NCBI GenBank assembly: GCA_951406725.2
Contig: OX597837.1
Span: forward strand, 21,204,001 to 21,268,000
Origin: Octopus vulgaris
Taxonomy: Eukaryota
DNA: 64,000 nucleotides
Direction of reading: 5' to 3'
A program made the position numbers and the translations under genes. The notes under the pieces are model-generated. The model made no database searches and was not told the origin of the DNA. It worked only from the letters and a program-made list of their open reading frames with translations. Within the stretch, counting starts at the first letter, position 1. Every line of letters begins with the position of its first letter. Shown here piece after piece: positions 12,535 through 26,965 of this stretch.

Positions 12535-14849
12535 AGAGACAGACAGACAGAGACATAGATATATACACACAAACAGACAGATAGTTAGGTGTGACAAAAT
12601 GGATATCATTTCATTTCATCTAGTTTTAGCTCACGAGCTGTGGCCATGCTGGGGCACCACATACACACACATAAACACAAAGACTACTATGGGAACCTAA
12701 CAGGTGTTTCTACTCTGGATCAGAGTAGACCTGGGGAAAAAATAACAGCTAGCAGGTGATTCCACGCTCCTCAAAATCCTGGAACCTCCATACTAAGGTT
12801 TCACTACCAGATGCAGTTTAACGTCTTACTCAGCATGAGTAATTGGGACGGAGCTGAACAGAGAGGTCGAGATGGTGGGTAACAAGGTGTCAAAGCATAC
12901 CTTCAAGACATAAGGTGAATAAGAAAGAGTGTGAGGAGAGATCAGGAAGGGTGCATGGGTAATGGTTGCAAGGGTGTGTGGGGAGAATGAGATATGAATA
13001 GAGAATAGGTAGGGTCAGTGTAGTAAATGAACAAGGGTGGAGGGGTAGGGTTGATGATAAATATGAATTGGAGGGGAAGGTGACAGGGCAGGCTGTTAAG
13101 AATAAGGGTAGGTGTCCAAAGGAAATGGTTCAAGACAGAGGGAGACATAACTGGCAGCATGGAAAAAGTGACCAACTTAAAATATGAGTTAAGAATGAGG
13201 AATGAATGTGAAAAGTGATTCTGTTTTCCTTTACCTCTTCCTCCTACCATTGACCATGCTTCTGTGATCACCATTGACTACATTCAATCCATCTCTAACT
13301 AATCTGTCACTCTCCTTTCACACTCACGAACCTACCCATCCAGCCATCCGGATTCTCCGTCCCTATTCTGTCTTTATATCCACTTTCCTGTGTCTTGAGG
13401 GTACACCCTGATATTTCATCTCTATTAGCCTTTCTCCCTTTCCTGCTGAAAAGCCATGTACCTCATCTAAAAGAAGACATTTGTTCCTGTCTCTCTACCA
13501 TACATTAGACCCGCAATACTTGGTATGAAGTCACCTCAGCTGTACACAATTGCACCTCCATTCAATCAAGAAGTTTTGTCTTGTGAGTTACTTGGTGACC
13601 TCACTGGTGCCATGATAAAAGCACCCAGCACACTTCGTAAAAAGGTTAGTGAGCCTTCTATAGCTGGTCAACCATACAAACTATGCCAAAGCAGACACTG
13701 GATCTCAACAGTCCTCTGTTTCTCCAGATCCTTTTGAACTGTGCAACCCATACCAGCATGGGTCACGGATTCTCAAAGATAATGATGATATATACATGTA
13801 CGTGTGTGTTTGTGTGTGTGTGTGTGCAAGCACCATCAACCTTACCCTAAATTCAAGACAGACTAAGGAAGATCCTGCACTACACACCATCTAACTCAAG
13901 CCAACGTCACTTATAATCAATTATGGATGCATGCATGATACGAGAGAGAGTAGAAATAAGCTCTGAGTAAACACATTCTACAAGCCAGTTTCGAATCCCA
14001 GTTGTAACTATTTCACTTCCTGTAAATTACAAATGTACTTGGAAAAATATTTCTTCTCTTTCCTTCGAGTCAACAGACTTGGCCACTTGTTGACTCATCA
14101 AAGGTTGGAAGAGAGCGCGCAAGAAGTGGTTGTATTAAATTCATCGGGAGACAATGAATGAAAACGACCGTTCGAATGCATTAGATTTACCTTCCGTCCC
14201 TCCGGGGTCGATAAAATAAAGAACCAGTTAAGTACTGAGGTCATTGGCATCAACTGACCCCTTACCGCTAAAATTACTAGCCATGTGCCAAAAATTGAAA
14301 CAATTATTAAAATTATTATGGTGGTGAGCTGATAGTATCGTTGAAGCATAGGAAAAATTGCTTGCAATATTTCTTCCGGTTCTTTACAGTCTGAATTCAT
14401 ATTTTACCGTGTTCAACTTTACTTTTCGTCCTTTCGAGATAGATAAAATAAAGTACCTGTCAAGCACTGGAGTTGATGGTATCGGCTAACCCGCCCTCAC
14501 TCACAAATTCTGGGCCCTATGCCTATACTAGAAATTATTATTATTATTATTATTATTTATTATTATACACCATTAATATGTGACAAATTTTGAAAGTTCA
14601 GGTTTTAAGGACTGACGAGATCGAAGTGGTACCCAAGGATGAAAATATTCTAAAATTGCGATTACAAAATGCGATAACAAAAGTGCGATGACAAAATTGA
14701 AGAAGAATGGATTGAGTTCTGTTCATACAATTACATATATCGTATGTAATATTGCTAAACTGATTACAAAGTTCCTTTAGCACGACATATTTTTTTCTAA
14801 TTGCTTTTTATAATTAATTTAATCCCTAATTAATATTAAGGATAAACCA

Positions 14850-15620
14850 TTATTTCCCCCCAATACTTTCAGATGGATATTTCTGTTCGTTGGCTCTGTA
14901 CGAATTTAAATCACCAAAATACAATTCTACCCGAGATAAAATCGTAAATCGTGAAATGTCAACAGTCGCGCAGGTGGGTGTGACGACAAAAATGAAATCT
15001 GGTCGTTTGTCAAACAACTGTGGAGAGACAAACTTTCAAAATAAAAATACCCCACAAAGTCTGCTTTGCTGTTGTATAAAGACACTTTAGCATTGAGGCA
15101 ACTGGTTAAAGAAACGAGACTATCGAAATTAGGACACTTTAACTCACTTGCAGCTGTTCTCAACGTCTTCTATCACTTCGTTCTCCATGTAGATAAATAT
15201 ACCAGAGAGACACAGGGCGACATAGAGGAGAGCCAAGGACACTCCAGGCAAAATTTCGTCACATTTAAACCACAACATATCTCCTCCACCCTGTTTATGT
15301 AGTAACCAAGGGAGACAACTCCGTCTTGTTAGGCTTGCTACAGTGCTGATTATAACGATGATGACGATGATGATGATGATGATGCTGTCGCCAACTACTG
15401 TTAATAGGCTTGTCAATTAGAAAACAGGTGTTTTCTTAGTATTGGATTTCAGTTGCGTAAAATATTTGGAGAGTAAACTATATTAAATTTAGAAAATAAG
15501 AGACTAAAAACCGGTGCCGAGGCAATGCTCTTTCGTTTTTAGTTTGACAGTCTGAAATTCCCTGTCTTGCTAGTCAGTGCCTTAGACATTTTAATACAAT
15601 CATTAATTCATGACGCATTT
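14850..15620 (-). promoter_or_regulatory. CpG-retaining unique region around the first exon; likely promoter/5' UTR
   Basis: Visibly more CpG than the flanking intron, no SINE insertions, and surrounds the putative first exon. Contains an (ATC)n tract at about 15355-15385. Confidence 0.4.
15148..15278 (-). CDS. HTATIP2: Probable first coding exon of the HTATIP2-like gene (hydrophobic N-terminus)
   Basis: ATG at 15278 gives MLWFKCDEILPGVSLALLYVALCLSGIFIYMENEVIEDVENSC plus AA, then donor gtgagt at 15147. Phase 2 joins exon 2 (AA+A = Lys). Lies in unique, CpG-retaining sequence. Confidence 0.72.
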
Positions 15621-18129
15621 TCCCCATTATAACTTTTACACATTAAAATAGTATTATTAAACATTGCTAGGAATTTTTTTTATTATTTAATTCGATTTGT
15701 ACGTGTTAAAAAGCTGCTTCCTGAAGGGAGGGATTACCTTAACGATTTCGAAGATGTACAACGAAAGGTTTTCTCATTAATTGTATGAAAATTAAAATAA
15801 TTATAATAAAAGAGGAGAGGGATGAATTCATTAGCATTTAATAAATAGCCATAATGTTAATATGGAAAATAAAGTGAGGGGAGTCTTTCATTTGACTCAA
15901 TAATTCATACGAAACCTTAAAAATGAACCCCTACGGTTTAACTCTACTAACTATAAGTATAGAATACGGAAAATAGAGATTATATATAGGCAGGTTCGTT
16001 AAACAAAATAAAAAATATCTGCGCATAAAAATACCCGTAAATGAATCCTTTGGATGATATTAATGGAATGAGAATAGAGAGAATAAAAAAGAGAATTTTG
16101 TAATTTGATTTTTAGAATAAAATCTTCAAGTATTTCAATGAGGTGTTTTAATAAAACTGATCAGTGGAGAAGGCTGAAATCCGCACGTAGGCATGTGTGA
16201 ACTCTCACAAGTGAAATAGTTTATTTACTATAAAGAGTTAGCAGGAATAATTTTGAGGATCACCTGAAATCGTAATTTAATCTCGTATATCCATGATCTG
16301 ACTTTAATCTCTGCTAATATCGGCTTTACCTATCAACCCCTCCAGGGAAGATTAAAGTAAATATCAGAAATATACTATGATCTAATCCTCCTCAACAAAG
16401 GGCCCTGAGTTTTAGGCATAATTTATTATTATTATTACTACAGTGACATTGTTTTGAACGTGCATTCTTTCTTCCTTTTTTCTCCTATTTATTTATTATT
16501 GCACACATATTGATAATTTTATCAAAAAAAGGGGCCGCTGATATCGAACTGTGAAACCTAGTAAGAGTTATTGGTTTAAATGGAATAATATCTGTTGTGA
16601 CTTAATTGGAGCCATCTTTTAACATATATGAGAACACTTAAAACAATGAATGATTATCGAAGAGCAATTAAAGAAATAGATCGATTGAGAGTATATATAA
16701 AGACTAATGATTCTGTGAGCAGCATTTGTGTATGTTATTATAATTTCTTGAAATTCATGATAAGAACCTAGATTAGTAATATTTTAATATAGGGTATTCC
16801 GTTCCCCGGGACCACTTAAGTGCTCTGGAATCGCTTGTGTCATGTTGCTGATAATAATATTTAATATTATCTAAAACTCTTCTTGTAGGAAATTCACCTA
16901 TTGTTAGATGTGGTAGGGTATTAGCGAGGTTACTGTTTTGTTTGTTAATAGCGGTGTTTTTCAGGCAGATTATGAAAAAAATAAATTGTGAAGGATGGTT
17001 TCAATTATATCAACAAATTGAATAATTTCATTACAAATTTATTGCTAAGTAGTCCGTTATATTTAGTAATTATGTCGGAGTAAATAATCATGAGCCCTAA
17101 TTCGATAAAATGTTCATCTCAATGTCTCATTTAACCCTAATTTAATATTACCTTAGATTGGATTAGAGAAAATAAAAGAGATAACGTTATGGATAATTCT
17201 AAAATGAGACAAGGGAAGTAACTCAACTGGACCAATGACATGAATTTGCTCACTAAGCAACAAGAAAAATTAAATTCCCTTCTTCATTGCATTTAAATTA
17301 TACAACGAAAATAAATGTAAATTTCTTTAAAATTTTTTATTAAAAATAAAATACAAATAAAATGTTTCTTTCTGATTATATAATTATTTTATATAATTAC
17401 AAATATTTGTTCTTTAAAATCTGTTTCGTTTATTTATTTCCCTGCCGCCACCACAACTCTAAAATAAATATAAAAATCTTTTATTGATTATTTTCTTTCG
17501 AAAGCAGTACAGGTGTATTTTGAGGCTGGTCTCATTTCTCATAAGAGTGACCGACCAAATGAGGGAGTCTATATATGGTCGCTTGACCTTTTAAAAATAG
17601 CAGCCATATAACCCAACCCTCAAGTGACACCTCACCTACTGTCCTGAAGAGCTATAGATGCATTAGATAATATCCTAGATACACGATACCATAGAGAAAG
17701 GACAGGAAGAGTCATAGCTCTCAATGCCTTTTATTCTTGCTCTACTCAACCAAGACCAGCCGAGTAGCTAAACAGGTTATAAGGCTTTCCCTTCGTTCGA
17801 TCTACTAGAAACGGCAATCTTATTTCTCCATACTCACACACCCATCGTCTTAGAAAGGACACGTTAGATAATGTAGTCCTTAAATACCGTTGAACCTTCC
17901 CTTATATTACGACCGTCAACTTAAAAGAAAATCCAAAGACCTGAAGAAGAAGAAGGAAAAATAAAAAAGAATACAATACAAACAAGGGTGTCCTTAAGTT
18001 TCCTAAAGGAACAAACAACGATCTTTCATATGTATATATTTAATAATATTTGTCTTTCATTTGAAAAAAAAATAAATGTTTGTCCAAAATATATATGAGT
18101 TGTAGTGCACCTGAGCACTGTACACAATG

Positions 18130-18165
<36 letters not shown>

Positions 18166-18218
18166 CATTATTATATATTTAACAATTTGTCCAATTCAAA
18201 ATAATTGTGACTCTATCA

Positions 18219-18341
18219 GAACCACATGGTTCCGGGTTCAGTTCCACTGCGCAGCACCACTACTATAGCCGACCAAAGCCTTGTGAGTGGATTTGGTATA
18301 CGGAAACTAAAAGAAGCCCGTCGTATATATGTATGTACATA

Positions 18342-18387
<46 letters not shown>

Positions 18388-18650
18388 TTATGTATGTATG
18401 TATGTATGTATGTATGTGTGTGTGTATAGTGTATATGTTTGTGTGTCTGTGTTTGTCCCCCCAACATCGCTTGACAACGGATGCTGGTGTGTTTACATCC
18501 CCGTAACTTAGCGGTTCGGCAAAAAGAGAGCGATAGAATAAGTACTAGGCTTACAAAGAATAAATCCTGGGGGTCGATTTGCTCGACTAAAGGCGGTGCT
18601 CCAGCATGGCCGCAGTCAAATGACTGACACAAGTAAAAGAGTAAAAGAGT
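18219..18650 (+). mobile_element. SINE family A (5' truncated)
   Basis: Same body and tail as 4616-5008. Confidence 0.85.
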
Positions 18651-19422
18651 ATGGACAACAAAACAAGAATCCTCAACGTAACATTTTTTCATAAAGAATC
18701 CAGGGGAATCACTGCTAAAATTAAATCAAACAATACTATCCTTGTTATATTAATAACGTCCTGATTAGATATACATACTCAGAGCGTAACTGTTTGTTTC
18801 TATAGAAAACACAATGACATTCAGGATTGTATTGTATTCTGTCATTTCTGGCTTCTGTTTATATTTTCTATTGAGCTTATGGTTGTAATATGAAGCAGGA
18901 TCACCCTAAATAGCTCTATATTCAATGGGTTTCCAAATTTCTGCTCTTACCATGTTCTTTACAACAAACGCAAATATTTTGGTACCCTTTGTGTTTCCAT
19001 AAGCAAAAAAGAAGTTTAAAAGGCGCAGGCATGGCTGTATGGAAAGACGTTTGCTTTCCAACAACATGGTTCTGGGTTCAGTCCTACTGCAATGGACAAG
19101 AGGATTCTATAATAGTCCTGGGCCAATTAAAACTTTGTGAGTGTTTATGGCAGATGAAAACTAAAAGAAGCCCGTCGTGTGTATGTGTGCATGTGTGTGC
19201 GTGTATGTGTGTATAGCTTTATGTTTGTTCCCCACTACCGCTTGACCATGCTGGTTTGTTTACGTCCCCAATAACTTAGTGGTTCGGCAAAAGAGATCCG
19301 AGAGAATAAGTATCAAGCTTTAAAACAAAAAAATAGGTATTGGGGAGGATTCATTTTTCTAAAACTCTTCAACTGAAAGAAGTAAACGATAACAGATCGA
19401 TATATTTTAGTCTATTAATAGA

Positions 19423-20207
19423 GGCGTTGTAGTGGCTGTGTGGTAAGTAGCTTGCTTACCAACCACATGGTTCCGGGTTCAGTCCCACTGTGTGGCACCT
19501 TGGGCAAGTGTCTTCTACTATAGCCTCAGACCAACCAAAGCCTTGTGAGTGGATTTGGTAGACGGAAACTGAAAGAAGCTTGTCGCATGTATATATATAT
19601 ATATATGTATGTTTGTCCCCCCCCCCATCATCGCTTGACAACTGATGCTGGTGTGTTTACGTCCCCGTATCTTAGCGGTTCGGCTAAAGAGACTGATAGA
19701 ATAGTGGATGGAAGCACTCCGTCGGTTACAACGATGAGGGTTCCGGTTGATCCGAATCAACGGAACAGCCTGCTCGTGAAATTGACGTGTAAGTGGCTGA
19801 GCACTCCACAGACACGTTCACCCTTAACGTAGTTCTCGGGGATATTCAGCGTGACACAGAGAGTGACAAGGCCGGCCCCTTGAAATACAGGTACAACAGA
19901 AACAGGAAGTAAGAGTGAGAGAAAGTTGTAGTGAAAGAGTACAGCAGAGATCACCACCATCCCCTGCCGGAGCCTTGTGGAGCTTTTTAGGTGTTTTCAC
20001 TCAATAAACACTCACAACGTCCGGTCTGGGAATCGAAACCGCGATCCTATGACTGCGAGTTCGCTGCCCTAACCACTGGGCCATTGCGCCTCCACCAATA
20101 GAATAGTACTAGGCTTACAAAGAATAAGTCCTGGGGTCGATTTGCTCGACTAAAGGCGGTGCTCCAGCATGGCCACAGTCAAATGACTGAAAGTAAAAGA
20201 AAAGAAT
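19423..20207 (+). mobile_element. SINE family A interrupted by SINE family C
   Basis: Family A sequence resumes at about 20098 after the insert; duplicated atagaatagt at 19696-19705 and 20098-20107. Confidence 0.85.
19706..20095 (-). mobile_element. tRNA-derived SINE family C, tail type 2 (young, CpG-rich)
   Basis: Head gtggaggcgcaatggcccagtggttagggcagc...gtttcgattcccagacc, flanked by a ~10 bp TSD. Confidence 0.85.
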
Positions 20208-21077
20208 AATAAAATTAATTGAGCAATTATATAACAGAAGAGCTATTTGCAATCAAGAATCACCAGAAAAATGCTAAACTCATTTATTTGGTGAAGACTC
20301 AAAATTTTCATTGTACCACGTTGACCTGGTTGCTATGAAGATTGTTGTCATTGACAACAGATCACTAGTAAGATTGTTGTCTGTGTCCAGGTCACAGCTG
20401 TACAATAAAAATTTTGATACCTCATGAGATAAGGAAAAAGTGAATTTGTGTTCTAGATGGCTAAAAGTGTGCCTCTCTGATTATGTTTCCTCAGATTTCA
20501 GAAAAATGGATATTTTTTAATTAAGTTTTCCACAAATACCTTGCAGGTTGTGTAGATTACAATTAAATGAATAATAATAATAATCCTTTCTGCTTTAGGC
20601 ACAAGGCCTGAAATTTTAGGTGAAGGTGCTAGTCAATTACAGCAATCCCTAATGCTCGACTGGTACTTATCTTATCGAACCCGAAAGGATGGAAGGCAAA
20701 GTCAACCTTAGCATAATTTGAACTTAGAATGTAGAGACAGATAAAATGCTGCTAATTATTTGGTCTGGCATACGAACAATTCTGCCTGCTTGCAGCCTTT
20801 TTAAAAAGTTGCCAGCGAACCACTGCATGTATCTGACTCATACATTGTTCGCTTTCCAGACATTTCTACATTACTGCATGTACTTTATATGCACTTTCTG
20901 ACAAGTTGTGGTGCACCTGAGCACTGTATACAATAATTTCATTATTATTTAAATGGAATTTAATGTGAAAAACATTTTTTTTTTCAGAGGAGGGTAAGAA
21001 ATTTCCAGCTAATCCACACAAGCTGACTTTGTTTCCTCATAACTTTCAGAAAAATGAGTATTTTTTCTTTTTTTTTT

Positions 21078-21273
21078 CTTTTTACTTGTTTCAGTTATTT
21101 GGCTGCGACCATGCTGGAGCACAGCCTTTAGTTGAGGCAATCGACCCCAGGACTTATTCTTTGTAAGCCTAGTACTTATTCTATTGGTCTCTTTTGCCAA
21201 ACCACTAAGTTACGGGGGACGTAAACACACCACCATCAGTTGTCAAGCGATGTTGGGGGACAAACAGACACAC

Positions 21274-21314
<41 letters not shown>

Positions 21315-21478
21315 TATATACGATGGGCTTCTTTCAGTTTTTGTCAACCAAATCCACTCACAAGGCTTTGGTCAGCCTGAGGCTATAGTAGATGACACTT
21401 GCCCAAGGTGCCACACAGTGAGACTGAACCCGGAACTATGTGGTTGGTAAGCAAGCTACTTACCACACAGCCACTCCT
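21078..21478 (-). mobile_element. SINE family A
   Basis: Full-length reverse copy; flanking duplication gagtattttt. Confidence 0.85.
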
Positions 21479-22456
21479 GAGTATTTTTCTAGAAATACCT
21501 TACAAGTGGAGTAGAGTAGATTAATCAGAGTTTAAAGTGAAAAAGAAAATGGTAAGCATACAGACACATATGCTGACATACATCATTCTTACAGGGTAGA
21601 CCAAAAGTTACACACAAAATAAGTTCAATATGCTCCAGAATTGTCAAAGATATGCTTCAATTTTTTTTTTTTTTTTTAATGGAATAAAACGAATAGAATA
21701 ATGCTGAATACACACATACCTGTACATGATGAACAAAATGAATAATAATAACAATCCTTTCTGCTTTAGGCACAAGGCCTGAAATTTTAGGTGAAGGTGC
21801 TAGTCAATTACATCAATCCCCAATGCTCGACTGGTACTTATCTTTTCGAACCCGAAAGGATGGAAGGCAAAGTCAACCTTAGCATAATTTGAACTTAGAA
21901 TGTAGAGACAGACAAAATGCTGCTAAATATTTGGTCTGGCATACGAACAATTCTGCCTGCTTGCAGCCTTTTTAAAAAGTTGCCAGCAAACCACTGCAGA
22001 GAATTGAACCCTGTAATTCTCAAATTCCGGCTGAGTGCTCTGTCTCATTAAGCTAAGAAATCCCTCACATTAATGATAATAATAATGTAAGATAAATATA
22101 ATGTCAAATGTTTAGGTGTGGGACTTTTGGCCCATCCCATATATCTACAAAATGAAAATTGAAATTTTGAAAAAATTGTGATGTATCAGTATGTGTATGC
22201 CCATCAATTTCAGAGTGTTAGACAACAGCCTTATTATGAAACACTGCACTCTTCAGAGATGACAGCAGGGTTACATAATCAGGCTGTTATTTAAAACTAC
22301 ATTGAATTCCTAATGCAAAACCAATTGGTAAGATCATCAATAATGATATATAATACTGTACTCTTTGAAACAGCTGTAAGCCAAATTTACTCTTATAAAG
22401 GAAAAATATGTAATGACCATTATTTATATCTTGTCTTATATATATATATTAATATA

Positions 22457-22930
22457 CATGGCTATGTGGTAAGATGCTTACTTCCCAACTACATGGATCT
22501 GAGTTCAGTTTCACCGTGTGGCACCTTGGGCAAGTGTCTTCCACTATAGCCTTGGGCTGACTAAAGCCTTGTGAGTGAATTTGGTAGACGGAAACTGAAA
22601 GAAGCCTGTATGTATGTATGTATGTATGTATGTATGTATGTATGTATGTATGTATGTATGTATGTATGTATGTATGTGTGTATGTATGTATGTATGTATG
22701 TATGTATGTGTGTGTGTATATGTGTCTTTGTGCTGTGTTTGTCCCCACCACCATGTGACAACTGGTGTTGGTGTGTTTACATCTCCATAATTTAGCTGTT
22801 CAGCAAAAAGACCAATAGGATAAGTACCATGCTTTAAATAAAATAAGCTCTGGGGTCAACTCAGTCAACTAAAAATTCTTCAAAGAAGTACCCCAGCATG
22901 GCCACTGCCAAATGACTGAAACAAGTGAAA
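22457..22930 (+). mobile_element. SINE family A with expanded internal (TATG)n
   Basis: Diverged copy of 4616-5008. Confidence 0.8.
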
Positions 22931-22985
22931 TATATATATATATATATATACATACACAGGGGACACATGTACTCCTATTCTACCC

Positions 22986-23057
<72 letters not shown>

Positions 23058-23059
<2 letters not shown>

Positions 23060-23430
23060 CTTAGAGAAAACCCACTATTATGCAATTCAAATAATGATAG
23101 ACATAAACCAAATCATAAATAAACAATAAAATATATTATAAAATATATATCTAGATCACAAAAAGTACAAAAATGAATAAACAATATATAATAAGTAATA
23201 AGTAATTATTATATATTGTTTATTCATATTTGTACTTTTTGTGATCTAGTTATATGTTTTATAAAAATATATCTTATTTTTTATTTATGATTTGGTTTAT
23301 GTCTATCATTGTTTGAATTACATTATAGTGGTTTTTCTCTAAGTTATATATATTATATATTTATATTGTGAAATTTGATTTAATACTAAATTGAATTTTT
23401 CCCTGTAAGTTTGTAGTTATACTCCCTAAT
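23058..23430. mobile_element. Penelope-like element terminal remnant forming a ~135 bp-arm palindrome, between (TA)n and (ATT)n
   Basis: 23058-23190 is inverted at about 23205-23345. Both ends are homologous to the ribozyme-bearing copy at 37505-37820. Confidence 0.65.
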
Positions 23431-23455
23431 ATTATTATTATTATTATTATTATTA

Positions 23456-23489
<34 letters not shown>

Positions 23490-23509
23490 GATTATTATTA
23501 TTATTATTA

Positions 23510-23557
<48 letters not shown>

Positions 23558-24619
23558 CACACACACACACATGTGCCACTTGTATGTTTTATTTTTGGCT
23601 TAAGATCTATGGCTGGATTCTTTTCCTATCACCAACCATTCCACAAAGTGTACCAAATGCATTTTGCCATGGCACCAGCACAAGACAGAGATTATTATGT
23701 CTTTGACAAAAAAAGAACTAAACGGCCCTCTTAACTCTACCTTGCCTCTGCTTATCCGTCACCCAATTTACTGAGAGTATTGGATGCTTTTATCACAGCA
23801 CCAGCACTAGTGAGGTTGCCCTGTATTTCATAACTCTAGTGAGTCCTCACTTCTATGATGTGTTTGTTCACTCAAAGTAACAAGTCTGAGAAAGTGACAA
23901 GATGAGAGAGAGATGACAGCATGGCTTCAATATTTACGAGAGTGTGAACTCTGTTATATATACTCAAGTGCCACCCTTATGTGTAACAAGTTTGATGCTT
24001 CCTGATAATAATGTTGGTTTAAAATTTTGACACAAGGTCATTCAGGGAAGAGGGTAAGTTGATTACATCAACCTCCATTATACAACTGGTACTTATTTTA
24101 TCAACCCTAAAAGTCACCCTCGGTGGAATTTGAATTCAGAAGACAAAGACGGATGAAATTCCACTAACAATTCTGCCAGCTTGCCGCCTTACATGGTAGG
24201 AATATTATAAATATTGAATATGGAAGATCGGCCAAGGTTAGAGAGAAGTGAGCCAAGTGTTTCATTTTGAACATCTGATTTTAATTTCCCTGTGAAATCA
24301 GAATGGTGGAGCGGGAGAGGGAGATGAGAAAGTAGCTGTGCATTTAAACAACATCAACCAATGAAACCAGGAGAGACGAGTGTGAAGATATGGACATGTG
24401 ACATGAATGGATAACACCAGCAGTGTTTGCTGACAGTTGTAGTTAGTTGCGATGGAGGTAAAAATATGGAAAAAATATGGGAAAATTGGATTGGGTCTGA
24501 ATGGATCTGGGGATTTCGGGGCCAGCAGATGAGATGAGATGACACAAATTTCAGAGCAGAAGGAAATATGCCGTACAATAGACCTACCCAGGCTGTACCA
24601 GGATGGAGAAACAGATGTT

Positions 24620-25610
24620 AAAGTGATGATGATAATAACAACAATGGTGGTGGTGGTGGTGCTGGTGATGGAGCTGGTGATGGAGTTGGTGGTGGCATTG
24701 GCGACAAGGATGTTGCGATGATGATATTTTTTTGTTGTTGATGTTGCTGATACTGTTTAGCTTTAGTTTAGTCCTGTTTGAAGAAATCCACATTGAGTAG
24801 GGTGTGGATTTTGACGAAAATTTGGCTGCTTTGTTTAGCAGGTTATTTAACCATGCAGAGGCTTCCAGCAATTATAGTGCTGTGTAATGGGTGTGGTGAT
24901 GATGCACTTATGATGATGATCATCATCATCATCATCAACATCATGATCATAATGGTGGTGCTGATGATAATCAAAATGATGATGAGAAGGAGGAGGAAGA
25001 AAAGGATACAGACGATGATTTTGGTGATGTTGGTTGTGGTGTGGTGTTGTAGGTGGTGGTGATAATGGTGGTAAATGGTGATGATGCTAATGATGACGAT
25101 GATGACAATGATGACAACAATAATGATGGTGATGATAATGGCGATAATGATGACGATGATGATGACAATGATGATGATGATGATGATCATCATCATCATC
25201 ATCATTGTATTATTGTTGCTTTTGATGATTATGGTGGTGATGGTGGCGATGATGGCAACAATGATGATAATGGGGAGGAGGAAGGAGAGGAGGAGAAGGA
25301 AGGAGAGGAAAAGGAAGGGGGGAGAGGTGTAGGAAGAAGAAGAGGAAGAGCAGGGCAATGACAATGATGATGATGATGATGATTATGACGATGACGACGA
25401 CAACGACGCTGATGACGATGACGATGATGAAGAAGAGGAGAAGGAGGAGGATTATGATAATGAGGTGGGGGAAAAGGAGGAGTGCAATGATGATGACTTT
25501 CATAATGACAATGATGATGATGATGAGGAAGAGGAAGAGGACGACGACGACGACGATGACGATGATGACGACAACGATAAGGATGCTGTGGTAACAAAGA
25601 TGATGATGAT
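24620..25610. repeat. Degenerate (GAT/GGT/GAG)n trinucleotide field
   Basis: Direct inspection. Confidence 0.9.
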
Positions 25611-26069
25611 GTCGGCACTCTGGGGAGGGTAAAAACAAACTTATATGTTAAAATAAATGCAGAATGATTTTCATTTTCTTGTTTGTTCATTTATTTTTAA
25701 CGAGTCCCCAAATCATAAATAGCATTATGGGAGTGTGTTTAAAGACGGCTGGTAGTTGTGGTAGCAGCAAAAAAAATACAGGGGAAATTTAAAGAAAAAA
25801 CAACCCAAACTGACTAATTATTTCCAGACTATAACGACATTTTATTATTATATTTTGATTATGTTTTGTTAAATTTTTTTAACATAATTTTTTTAATTAA
25901 TTTTTTTTCCTGTGCTGCTTTTCCATTTTTTAAAATTTTTTTGGAAGAAAAAAACAACTAAAAATTAACTAAAGAACAACATCAAATAAATGGTCTTCCA
26001 AAGCCGACAATGTTGACAAGGAATATTGAAAGAGCGGAGGGAAATTATTGTCTAATTCTACAATTTTTC

Positions 26070-26107
26070 CCTGTGTGTGTGTATATGTGTGTGTGTGTCT
26101 GTGTGTC

Positions 26108-26142
<35 letters not shown>

Positions 26143-26415
26143 GTGCACACGAGTGCATGTGTATGCATGTTTCTCAGTGTGTACGTATGTCTGAGGTGGG
26201 TGGCCTGTGTTTTTCTGTGTGTGTATGCGTTTCTGCACATCTGTGTGCCTATGAGTGTGTTTTACTGTGCACATGTTATGTGTATGTGTGTGAGGTGTGT
26301 GTCTGTGCTACTGTGTGTATGAGTGTGTTTCATTATGTGTTTGTCTGCATGTGTGTGTGTGCGTGTGCAGATGCATGCGTATTTTACTAAGCATGTATGT
26401 ATATGTATATATATA

Positions 26416-26447
<32 letters not shown>

Positions 26448-26524
26448 CAGACATATATATATACATATGTACACACACACATATATATATACATATGCAT
26501 GTATATATATATATATACATATGC

Positions 26525-26563
<39 letters not shown>

Positions 26564-26710
26564 CTGCTCGCTTAGCCAGCGGGGTGGTGTCATTCGAAGG
26601 CTAAAACAATCCGAACGCATTGTGACCATTGTGACCAGCGATGTGTAACAACATCTGATGGTCTGACAGTCGGTCACGTGATCACGTGATATATATATAT
26701 GTGTGTCAAG

Positions 26711-26767
<57 letters not shown>

Positions 26768-26768
26768 A

Positions 26769-26820
<52 letters not shown>

Positions 26821-26834
26821 ATGCTTATATATAT

Positions 26835-26865
<31 letters not shown>

Positions 26866-26929
26866 CACATACATATATATATATACACATAATTATATAG
26901 TCAAATATATACAGATGCTTATATGTGTA

Positions 26930-26965
<36 letters not shown>

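Noticed and set aside
20020-20095. tRNA gene
   Set aside because: The tRNA-like sequence is the head of a SINE that continues into a body, tail and TSD.
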